Below are positions 53,719-64,000 of a stretch of 64,000 nt of DNA, piece by piece. The DNA is from Ministeria vibrans ATCC 50519. Lineage: Eukaryota; Protista; Filasterea. Location of the stretch: contig CALSCP010000945.1 in NCBI GenBank assembly GCA_943704425.1, positions 217,165-281,164 of the forward strand. Direction: 5' to 3'. A program made the position numbers and the translations under genes. Numbering within the stretch: position 1 is the stretch's first letter; every line of letters starts with the position of its first letter. The notes beneath the pieces are model-generated. The model had not been told where the DNA came from and ran no database searches. It saw only the letters and a program-made list of their open reading frames with translations.

Positions 53719-56700
53719 AACCCCATCTGTGTCACCGCCACCACCACGACCACCACCACCACGACAACGTCGGGCGACGACCGTCGTGACATCAGCGAGG
53801 AAGAAGAGGCTGCCGCTGAACTCAAGACCGAGCTCGAAGAGCTTAACAACCTTGCCCACCGGATGCGCCGAAGCGGAAGCAAGAGCGGCAAGAGCAAGAG
53901 TGGCAAGACGTGCAAGAGCACCCCGTCCGTTGACGAGGCTTTCCTCGTTCAGTTCAACGGTGCCAACGGCGAGCGTGTCTACTCGCGCACCTGGAACAGT
54001 GGTTCGGGTGGCAGTGCCTACGGCTTTGGTGTTGCTGTCGATGCCAGCCGCAAGAATGTCTATCTTGCCGGACAATACTCGGGCGGTTCCACCATCGACA
54101 CCAACTTGCTCTCGTTCATCAACACCAAGGCAACCGCCTTTCTCCTTCAAGTCGACCAAGACTTTGCCACGCCCAAGTCGGACGTCAATGAGTGCGCTTC
54201 GAACCCTTGCATCAACGGCGGCACTTGTGTCAATGACCTCCTCTTCTTCACTTGCGTGTGCCCTTCGGGATACGTTGGTGGGATTTGCGAGAGCGAACAG
54301 GACGAGTGCATCAGCTCTCCGTGCAAGAACAACGGCACTTGTGTCGATGGAATCTCCGACTACTCCTGCACCTGTCTGACTGGCTACGAGGGCACTCGCT
54401 GCGAGACCGACATCAACGAGTGCGCCAGTTCGCCTTGTGCCAACGGAGCGACCTGCACCAACCTTGTGGGTTCGTTCTCCTGCTCATGTGCCACTGGCTA
54501 CACCGGTGCCCAGTGCCTCACCAACATTGACGATTGCCCCAGCACAAACGCCTGCCACAGCCACGGCACTTGTAACGATGGCATTGAATCGTACACCTGC
54601 TCATGCAACGCCGGTTTTACCGGTACCCTCTGCGAGACCAACGTCAACGATTGTCCCACAGGCACCGTTTGCAGCGGTCATGGTACCTGTAACGATGGTA
54701 TTGCCTCGTACACCTGCACCTGTGACACAGGATACACCTCGGCGCTCTGCCAGACAAACATTAACGACTGCGCGTCGAACCCGTGCAAGAACCAGGGCGC
54801 GTGCAAAGACGGCATTGCCTCGTACACCTGCACTTGCCCCGCCGGCTACACTGGCACACACTGCGAGACGAACATCAATGAGTGTGAGGGCGTCACCTGC
54901 ATGAACGGTGGCAACTGCATCGACAAGGTGAACTATTTCAAGTGTGCGTGCGTCACCGGCTTCACCGGCGTGTACTGCGAAACGAACATCGATGACTGCA
55001 CTGCGTCGTCGTGCTCCGCGTACGGCACTTGCCAGGACGGCGTTGCCTCGTTCTTTTGCGCTTGCGCTCCCGGCTACACCGGCACCTCGTGCTCCAGCAA
55101 CATTGACGATTGCGCGTCGAACCCGTGCAAGAACCAGGGCGCGTGCAACGACGGCATTACCTCGTACACCTGCACATGCCCCGCCGGCTACACTGGCACA
55201 CACTGCGAGACGAACATCAATGAGTGTGAGGGCGTCACCTGCATGAACGGTGGCAACTGTATCGACCAGGTGAACCATTTCAAGTGTGCGTGCGTCACCG
55301 GCTTCACCGGCGTGTACTGCGAAACGAACATTGATGACTGCACTGCGTCGTCGTGCTCCGCGTACGGCACTTGCCAGGACGGCGTTGCCTCGTTCTTTTG
55401 CGCTTGCGCTCCCGGCTACACTGGCACCTCGTGCTCCAGCAACATTGACGATTGCGCGTCGAACCCGTGCAAGAACCAGGGCGCGTGCAACGACGGCATT
55501 ACCTCGTACACCTGCACATGCCCCGCCGGCTACACTGGCACACACTGCGAGACTGACATTAATGAGTGTGCTTCGAATCCTTGCGAGAACGGCGGCACTT
55601 GCAATGACCATGTCGGCTCTTTCTCGTGCAACTGCGCCGGAACTGGCTTTGTTGGCTCCACATGCAACGCTCAATTCGATGAGTGTGTCTCGAGCCCGTG
55701 CCAGAACAGCGGCGTGTGCTTCTCGGGCATCAACTACTACTCTTGCAACTGCGACGGAACCGGCTACACCGGTACCATGTGCGATGTGGAGGTCGACGAA
55801 TGCGAAAGCAGCCCTTGTGCCAACGGTGGCGTCTGCTCCAACCTCATCAATGCATTCTCGTGCTCCTGTGCTGCAGGCTTTGTAGGCACACAATGTCAGA
55901 CCAACACAAACGAGTGTGCCTCGAACCCGTGTGTCTTTGGCGTGTGCACTGACCTCGTCAACGGCTTTTCTTGTGCCTGCACCGCCGGCTACGAAGGTGT
56001 CGTATGCGACGTGAACACCGACGAGTGCGGATCGTCGCCGTGCCAGAACGGCGGCGTGTGCACCGACCTTGTTAACAGCTTCTCGTGCGGATGCCCCAAC
56101 GGGTTTGCCGGCGATGTGTGCGAGACAAACATTGACGATTGCGCTGTTGCGCCTTGCAAGAACGGCGCGACCTGTGTCGATGGCATTGCACAGTACACCT
56201 GTACGTGTAGCGCCGGCTACGAGGGCACCCGTTGCCAGACAAACACAAACGAGTGTGCCTCAAACCCGTGTGTCTTTGGCGTGTGCACTGACCTCGTCAA
56301 CGGCTTTTCTTGTGCCTGCACTGCCGGCTACGAAGGTGTCGTATGCGACGTGAACACCGACGAGTGCGGATCGTCGCCGTGCCAGAACGGCGGCGTGTGC
56401 ACCGACCTTGTCAACAGCTTCTCGTGCGGATGCCCTAACGGGTTTGCCGGCGATGTGTGCGAGACGAACATTGACGATTGCGCTGTTGCGCCTTGCAAGA
56501 ACGGCGCGACCTGTGTCGATGGCATTGCACAGTACACGTGTACTTGTAGCGCCGGTTACGAGGGCACCAACTGCGAGACCAACATTGATGACTGCGCGAC
56601 GAGCCCATGCCACCAAGGCGAATGTATCGACGCGGTTCAGGACTTCACCTGTGTGTGTAGCCCGGGCTACACGAACACTCTCTGTGACGAGAACATTGAC

Positions 56701-59700
56701 GATTGTGCATCGAATCCGTGCCAGAACGACGGCACCTGTGCCGACGGTGTTGTTTCCTACACTTGCTCGTGCCCAGGCGGTTTCAAGGGCCGTCTTTGTG
56801 AGGAGAACATCGACGATTGTGCCGTCACGAAACCTTGCAATGGACAAGGCAGCTGCAACGATGGTGTTCAGTCGTCCACGTGCTCATGCGACACAGGCTA
56901 TACCGGTACCGAATGCGAGACGAACATTGACGACTGCGCCGGAGTCACTTGCCAACACGAGGGCACCTGCGTCGACTCCATTGCCGCTTTCGCATGCACT
57001 TGCGCCGGTGGCTACACCGGCACTGTGTGCGAGACCGAGATCGACGAATGCGCCTCTTCTCCCTGTCAGAACGGCGGAGTGTGCACCGACTTTGTCAACT
57101 ACTACACGTGCGCTTGCGAATATGGCTTTGTTGGCAGCAACTGCGAACTTGTTGGCTTTATTCTCTCCCCGGCAGGCGGTGTCTTCACCATTGGCTCGAT
57201 CACGGCTGAGTTTCCCGAAGATGCCGTTTCGCAGACCGTCACTGTTTTGGTGGAGCTCGCCGCCGACCTGACGGTGCTCCCGACCGGCCCGAGCGGCTCC
57301 ACCTCGCTTTTGACCAGCGCTGTCTCGTTCCGTACTCTCGAACTCCGTACCGCCGACTTCCTCTTGCCCTACTCGGTTGTTCTCACGCTGTCCACCGCCA
57401 CCAGCAAGGATGTTGTTCCCCAGATGTACTACACCAACCCAGATGGTCTCTCGACAAGCTGGACTCTCGCTGACGATTTGCCCGCGCGTCGACGTGCCCT
57501 CTCGTGCAGCGCCGGTCAAGGTTGCGGCACCGTCTCTGGCACTAACATTGCCTTTGGTGTTTTTGTTGTTGACGAGTGCGCTTCGTCGCCCTGCCAAAAT
57601 GGCGGCACCTGTGTTGACCTTGTTGACCAGTTCACTTGCACATGCCCTATTGAGTTTCTCGGTACTCTTTGCGAGACTCCGAACCCGTGCGAACCGTCGC
57701 CGTGCCAGAGCTTTTCTGAGTGCACTATCATTGGCGGTGGTACCGACTTTTTCTGCGACTGCATTGGAGCCGGTCTCACCTGTTTCGACAAGGTGTGCGG
57801 CAACTGTACTATTGACGCGGGAGCCGCTCAAAACGGCGGCGGCGCCTCGGGCACCAGCAGTGGCTCAACGAGCTACGCGGCCGCCGGTGCCGCCGGTGTT
57901 CTTTTGCTTTTGGCGCTCGCGCTGCTTGCTAAACGTCGCCGTCTGCGCAAGACTGCGCTCGGTGATAGCGAGCTGGAGACTGTCGAGAGTGTTCCCATCA
58001 TGATCAACCCTGGCTACAAGATGACCAAGGCTGACTCGCTCGTGCTCGGCATGGCTCCCGGCGACCAAATGGAGGACACTGACTCACTCCTCGACTACGC
58101 CGCTCCCATCGACTTTGCCCAGCGTGCCCCGCGTGTCGCTGAGTATCAGGCTCTGGATAACAAGAACAACTCGGCCGGCGAGTACGGATCCCTGAAGTAT
58201 GTTGTGCTCAGCCGCGATGGTGCTTACCGCGTTAAAGGCCGCGGCGACCCCGTCGATCTGTCGCTCAAGGTCGACGAATCGACTGGTGCCTACACCGATT
58301 TTGAGGGCAACCTTGTGTATTCTGGACCGGGCAAGCTCAAGCTTGGTAAGGACGGAATTTACCGCAGCGAGGCTGGCGAGGCTGTGTACGGCAACCGCTC
58401 GCTCACGCGTGGCAGTGATGGTGTGTACCGAAACGCGGAGGGTGACGCCGTGTACGGCAATGGACTCACGCTCGGCCGTGACGGTGTCTGGTACTCGGAC
58501 GACGGTCAACCCATCTATGGAAACCGCGCAGCACACGAGCGTGTGCTGCGCTGCCCCGGCAACGTGATTGAGGGTGACGATCGCATGACAGTCTACGGTA
58601 ATGGAAACGGACGAAACCGTCCCGCTCGTGACAAGGACGGTTTTGCCGTGTACGGCAACGGTCAGGCACGCCGCGGACGCGATGGTGCCAACAACGCCGA
58701 CGAAGATGCCATGTACGGCAATGGCCAGGCACGCCGCGGACGCGATGGTGCCAACAACGACAACGAAGATGCCATGTACGGCAATGGCCAGGCTCGCCGC
58801 GGACGCCGCAGTGACAACGGTGACGACATGGACGGTGATGACGTGTACGGCAACCGCAACCGCGACGATGGTGCCGACTATGGTGAGTTTGCCAACCGCA
58901 AGCGTGGACCCCGCGTCGACGCCTACGGCAACCCTGTTGAGGACAATGACGATGTGTACGGCAATCGCAACCGCGGCGACGATGGTGCTGAGTATGGCGA
59001 GTTTGCCAATCGCCAGCGTGGACCGCGACGTGTCGATGCCTACGGCAACCCTGTCGAGGAAGATGATGGCATGTACGGCAATCGCCAGCGCACGGACGGA
59101 CAACAGTACGACGAGGAAGCCTACGGCGAGTTTGCCAACCGCAAGCGTGGACCACGCGTTGATGCCTATGGCAACCCGGTCGAGGACGATGACATGGACG
59201 GAGTGTATGGCAACCGCGAACGTGACGATGGTGGCGCCGAGTACGGCGAGTTCGCCAACCGACGTCTGCCACCTCGTCGTGGCCCCGGCGGCACAGCTGC
59301 CGACGATGAGGATATGGATGCCTGGTACGGCAACCGTGACCGTGGTCAGCAGCAGGACGGCGCTGAATACGGCGAGTTTGCCAACCGATCGATGCCCCCG
59401 CGTGGCTCGCGCCGTCCCGGTGGCGACGACAGCGAGGATGCTTTCTACGGCAACCGCGCTGGCAATGACCAAGATGCCTACTACGGTGCTCTTCAGGGTG
59501 GCGATGCTATGTATGGCAACCGCGCTGGCGGCGAACAGGACGCGTACTATGGTGCGCTGCAGGGTGGCGATGCTATGTATGGCAACCGCGCTGGCGGCGA
59601 ACAGGACGCGTACTATGGTGCGCTGCAAGGTGGCGCAGTCTATGGCAACCGTGCCTTTGGCAATGGTGAAGATGAGTATGCCGCCTCGAACGTGCGCACA

Positions 59701-61184
59701 CGCGGTCACGACGGTGTGTACCGCAGCCGCTCGGTGCTTCCCGACGAGCAGGGCGTGTTCGACGACGAAGAGGCTGTCTATGGCAACCGCGTCGACGAGG
59801 GTGCTGTCTATGGCAACCGCGCCGTTGACGAGGGCGCCGTCTACGGCAACAACGTTGGCGGTGAGGATGCCACGTACGGCAACCGCAACAACTTTGGCGA
59901 CGACGAAGAGGAGTACGCGGCGACTGCCGTGAAGATTGGCCGCCAGGAAGAGCGTCTGGTGCCCAAGGGCATTCAGCTGTCGGCACCTCAGGCATCCTCG
60001 AGCATTGCCCGTCAATACGACGTTGTGACCTCAGAGCCCGGTGATGACTACCGCAAGTACGCTGAGGCTGCCGCTCGTGGTGATGCCGACGAGGTCATCT
60101 ACTCGCGCGTGTTTGTGGCTAAGAAGAGCAAGGCGAAGGGCGACCGTGCCGACTCGCGCAACGTCTTTTCGCTGACGGGCGCCACCGAAGGCGAGTCGGT
60201 GGCGAACAACATGCAGCTGAGCCGCACTCAGTCGTGTTTCCGTTCGGCCAATGCTGCGGCCACGTCGGACTTTGTGCCTGAAATTGCCGATCTGGCCGGA
60301 AACTTTTACCCGCGCGAGTGGCTCACCAAGGTGTGCGAGCTTGGCGACGGCGAGTTCGGTCAGGTGGTGCAGGCGAGCACTGACGACGGTGGTTCGCGCC
60401 CCGAGAAGTACATGGTCGCTGTCAACTTTTTGGACGAGCAGGCGACTCCACGCGAGCGCAGCGCGTTCATCCGCGAGGCTCGTCTTATGGCCATGTTCTC
60501 TCACCCGAATGTGTTGAACCTCGTTGGTGTGTGCACTCCGGATCAGCCTTGGCTGCTCCTCACCGAGTTCTGCCAGTACGGCGACTTGCGCAACTTCCTG
60601 CGTCGCTGTGCCACGACCGAGTCGCTCAAGGTTACGTACGCCGACCAACTGGGCATCGCCGCGCAGATTGCCGAGGCTATGCAGTACCTGTCAACCAAGT
60701 TGTTTGTGCATCGCGACGTGTCGGCGCGCAACTGCTACGTGTGTGAAGGTGGCGTCGTCAAGCTTGGTGGCTTCGGTCTAGCTCGTCAGCTCATGGGCGA
60801 GGAGGACTTTTACTCGGTGCAGTCGCGTGGTCGCCTGCCTGTGCGCTGGATGGCGCTCGAGTCATTGACGCACCAGCGCTTCACCGTCAAGTCGGATGTG
60901 TGGTCGTACGGTGTGCTTCTTTGGGAGATTGCGACGTTTGGTACGGCGCGTCCTTTCAAGGAGCTCAAGCCGCCGCGCATGATTGAGGCACTGCTCGAAG
61001 GGCGCCGTCTGGCACGACCCCGCGGGTGCCCGGTGCAGCTGCACAAGCTCATGTTGGAGTGCTGGAACCGCGACCCGACCATGCGGCCGACCTTTGTCGA
61101 GTTGTCCGAGGAACTCGCGGAGATGGCATCGCGTGCCGAGAAGGCCTGCGGTCACACCGCCGACCTGGGTCTGTCCCTGGACCA
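51114..61184 (+). CDS. Giant receptor tyrosine (pseudo)kinase: signal peptide, Receptor-L, 2 EGF, beta-propeller, 26 EGF, ZU5-like, 2 EGF, TM, Tyr-repeat region, TK domain; 3' end in the gap
   Basis: Exons 51114-51174, 51590-51693 and 51769 onward. Signal peptide MKLIIATLVVALALLHQAHA; L-domain start NCVTLAGDLEI; TM AAAGAAGVLLLLALALLA-KRRR; kinase motifs HRDVSARNC, LPVRWMALE and SDVWSYGVLLWEI. Confidence 0.93.
54766..55553 (+). repeat. Intragenic tandem duplication, 342-bp unit (3 EGFs), ~2.3 copies
   Basis: Near-identical DNA starts at 54766, 55108 and 55450. Confidence 0.9.
55900..56570 (+). repeat. Intragenic tandem duplication, 339-bp unit (3 EGFs), 2 copies
   Basis: Near-identical DNA starts at 55900 and 56239. 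Confidence 0.9.
58380..59890 (+). repeat. Coding repeats of YGN / YGEFANR / YYGAL tyrosine motifs
   Basis: Manual count gives ~23 YGN, 5 YGEF and 3 YYGAL. Confidence 0.9.
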
Positions 61185-62117
61185 NNNNNNNNNNNNNNNN
61201 NNNNNNNNNNNNNNNNNNNNNNNNNNNNNNNNNNNNNNNNNNNNNNNNNNNNNNNNNNNNNNNNNNNNNNNNNNNNNNNNNNNNNNNNNNNNNNNNNNNN
61301 NNNNNNNNNNNNNNNNNNNNNNNNNNNNNNNNNNNNNNNNNNNNNNNNNNNNNNNNNNNNNNNNNNNNNNNNNNNNNNNNNNNNNNNNNNNNNNNNNNNN
61401 NNNNNNNNNNNNNNNNNNNNNNNNNNNNNNNNNNNNNNNNNNNNNNNNNNNNNNNNNNNNNNNNNNNNNNNNNNNNNNNNNNNNNNNNNNNNNNNNNNNN
61501 NNNNNNNNNNNNNNNNNNNNNNNNNNNNNNNNNNNNNNNNNNNNNNNNNNNNNNNNNNNNNNNNNNNNNNNNNNNNNNNNNNNNNNNNNNNNNNNNNNNN
61601 NNNNNNNNNNNNNNNNNNNNNNNNNNNNNNNNNNNNNNNNNNNNNNNNNNNNNNNNNNNNNNNNNNNNNNNNNNNNNNNNNNNNNNNNNNNNNNNNNNNN
61701 NNNNNNNNNNNNNNNNNNNNNNNNNNNNNNNNNNNNNNNNNNNNNNNNNNNNNNNNNNNNNNNNNNNNNNNNNNNNNNNNNNNNNNNNNNNNNNNNNNNN
61801 NNNNNNNNNNNNNNNNNNNNNNNNNNNNNNNNNNNNNNNNNNNNNNNNNNNNNNNNNNNNNNNNNNNNNNNNNNNNNNNNNNNNNNNNNNNNNNNNNNNN
61901 NNNNNNNNNNNNNNNNNNNNNNNNNNNNNNNNNNNNNNNNNNNNNNNNNNNNNNNNNNNNNNNNNNNNNNNNNNNNNNNNNNNNNNNNNNNNNNNNNNNN
62001 NNNNNNNNNNNNNNNNNNNNNNNNNNNNNNNNNNNNNNNNNNNNNNNNNNNNNNNNNNNNNNNNNNNNNNNNNNNNNNNNNNNNNNNNNNNNNNNNNNNN
62101 NNNNNNNNNNNNNNNNN
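61185..62117. other. Scaffold gap (~930 N)
   Basis: Run of n. Confidence 1.
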
Positions 62118-62199
62118 ACACACACCACAAAGACACAAAAAAAAAAAACACCGTATTAAAAACATACAACATTTTGTATTTTATTAGAGAGTTTTTTGT

Positions 62200-63220
62200 G
62201 CCTTTTCTTCTTCGCGCAGAGTGTGAAGGGAGACGCGTTGGAGCTCTCTTGCCGTTTCACAATATAATTCAAACTTGGGCGATGCGCCAATACCTACAAA
62301 GGAGAGAAAAAAGAAAAACGCAATTAGTTTATATTGTTTAAGTATGGGTCGATCTGTTGACCTGAGTAGTCGACGAAGCGACCGTCATCGGAGAGGAATT
62401 CGGCGTAGAGGGAGAGGATGTTTTTTCTGAGGCGTTGAGAGAGGAGGAGGGCGGAGAGGGGAGCTTTGAGGGAGAGAGGGGAGGCATTGAGAGCGGTGGG
62501 GTGGTCGTCCCAGAGGAAGCGATAGAGGATGTCGGGCGAGTCGCTGAAGGAAGCGGTGGCGGCAACGCCGTTGCTGACGACGCGAAGGAACATGCGGTTG
62601 CGTAGGAGGTCGGCTGTTTCAATGGCGGCCGGGCGTGAGTGGAATTGGTGCTGGACGAGCCAGTCGACTAAGGCGCTCCCGCTGAAGCACCGCTCGACGT
62701 GCGAGTACGCGAATCCAAGGAAGCTTCGCGAGACGGTGGCGACGGGGAGGCCCTCTTGGCCACGGAGCTCTTCGACAAGACTCGCCAGCGGGTCCTTCCG
62801 TTGCTCTGTGTGCCCAGGAGCGGGTGCGTGCTCATTTGATAAGGAGGACGATTTTTCCGGTTGCGCTTCGAGTGGCGCCACGACACGTTTTATTGCCACC
62901 TGGGGCACGGGGGTCGCCTGCGCACACGAAACACTCACGTCAGGAGTGGATTTCCCCTGCCGCCGAGGTCTCGTGGTCGCTGTGGGCGATGGCGAGTTGG
63001 ATGCGGTTGCGGTTGACGGGACCGGATGAAATTCGACAATGGCGCTGTCGTGGGGCTCGCCAACGAGGGCAGCGGCGACGGACGTGACCGTCTCCGACAT
63101 GAAGCCGTCTTGGTCCCTGTGGGGAGCGCGTAAGACGCGTCCGTTGTGTGCGCGCACCGTCGTCAATGAAATCTCCGTCTCTGATGACATGCCTGAAGAA
63201 TAGGGGGCGGGGGGCGACAC
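62200..63220 (-). CDS. DEP domain + DUF547 protein, 3' end truncated by the gap
   Basis: DEP motif RCFSGSALVDWL...SRPAAI...FSDSPDILYRF, then LYAEFLSDDGRFVDYSGI...ELQRVSL...EEK typical of the start of DUF547. Confidence 0.78.
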
Positions 63221-63439
63221 CTATAGCGGAGGGACGTCGAGAGAAAGAGAGAGAGAGAGAGAGAGAGACGCGGAGGAAGACAACAAAAAGTTAATTTGAC
63301 AGTATTTATTTTGACTTTCACTTGGGTGATGAATAGCGTGACTGAACATTATAATCGAAACTCAAAAAGGTCATCTTCTTTCTTTTCTTTCTTTTCTTTT
63401 CAAAGATCAATGATTGGTACTATTGATTTTCAGACAGTT

Positions 63440-64000
63440 TCAAGCGTATGAGTCGGTGTTAAAGGGAACGGCCATGTCGGAGTGGTCGTGGAGCTGGATG
63501 TGAGAGGAGGCTGAGGAGGAGGAGCGTCGACGGCTCTTGGCCACAATGACACCCAAGAAGACGCCGCCCACAATAATGCCCAGAATGATACCGGCGACGG
63601 CGGCGTCGGAGAGGCCCTTTGAGGATGGAGACACATTGTTGTTGTTGTTGTTGTTGCTACTGTCGGTGGTGGTGGCGGTGATGACGGTGCAGGCAAAGTG
63701 CTGGCCAAAGGAGTCAACGAGGTACAGGGCGTGACCCACAATGGATTGGGCGCCGTGCAGTGGCACACCCTCGAGCGTGAATACCTGCTGGGTAGCGCCG
63801 GTAGCGGGCAGAATAAGCGGACTGCCCGCCTTACCACTGAGATCGCCCACGGCACAGCCGTCGGTCTGATTGAATGGGGAGCAGTCGGTGGCGGGATAGA
63901 CAACGCGTGCGGGATTGTACACACCAGGAGTGCTTGCACACGAGCCACTTGTGTCCACATACCACACGCCGACAGTGACGGCTGCGGCAGACACGCTCAG
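63440..64000 (-). CDS. Membrane-anchored Cu/Zn-SOD-fold (copper-only SOD repeat-like) protein, 3' part
   Basis: YNP...C...CAVGDLSGKAG...LHGAQSIVGHAL...FACTVI, followed by a TM segment and short tail. Metal-binding His residues appear lost in this domain. Confidence 0.7.
   Translation of the reverse strand: MSVSAAAVTVGVWYVDTSGSCASTPGVYNPARVVYPATDCSPFNQTDGCAVGDLSGKAGSPLILPATGATQQVFTLEGVPLHGAQSIVGHALYLVDSFGQHFACTVITATTTDSSNNNNNNNVSPSSKGLSDAAVAGIILGIIVGGVFLGVIVAKSRRRSSSSASSHIQLHDHSDMAVPFNTDSYA

Noticed and set aside
58084-60015. 643-aa antisense ORF, and similar long antisense or alternate-frame ORFs such as 3285-4250, 54601-55893 and 38734-39273
   Set aside because: These are shadows of GC-rich, codon-biased, repetitive sense genes and show no independent motifs.
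60862-62341. ORFs spanning the long N run
   Set aside because: Artifacts of translating Ns; the true C-terminus of the receptor is unknown.

Overview
Gene-dense, intron-rich eukaryotic DNA with short GT-AG introns, AT-rich intergenic spacers and many (GT)n/(GA)n microsatellites. The gene set (metazoan-type tyrosine kinase domain, Notch-type EGF arrays, ANKRD11/12, WDR47, ARL16, Tctex1) suggests a unicellular relative of animals (holozoan). This placement is inference only. About 24 protein-coding genes or gene fragments can be reconstructed by hand-splicing. The main observations are: (1) a >3,100-aa receptor tyrosine pseudokinase (Receptor-L, EGF, beta-propeller with a protease-cleavable insert, ~30 EGF in total, ZU5-like, TM, ~23 YGN motifs, kinase lacking the VAIK lysine and DFG aspartate); (2) a spliced in-frame fusion of an SLC38/Aa_trans-like transporter to an APH/choline-kinase-fold phosphotransferase, which the ORF track does not show; (3) a DUF4062(TIR-like)-NACHT-LRR NLR-like gene next to the receptor; (4) a plant/stramenopile-type 6PGD; (5) intronic snoRNA candidates and an identical 27-nt upstream motif shared by two unrelated genes. 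RBM39 and ATP synthase g each appear split by multi-gene blocks. Both blocks are bounded by a homopolymer run and a 10-N gap and truncate other genes, so they are most likely assembly chimeras. A 70-bp enterobacterial rpoC fragment beside another gap points the same way. All family assignments are from recalled motifs, not database searches.
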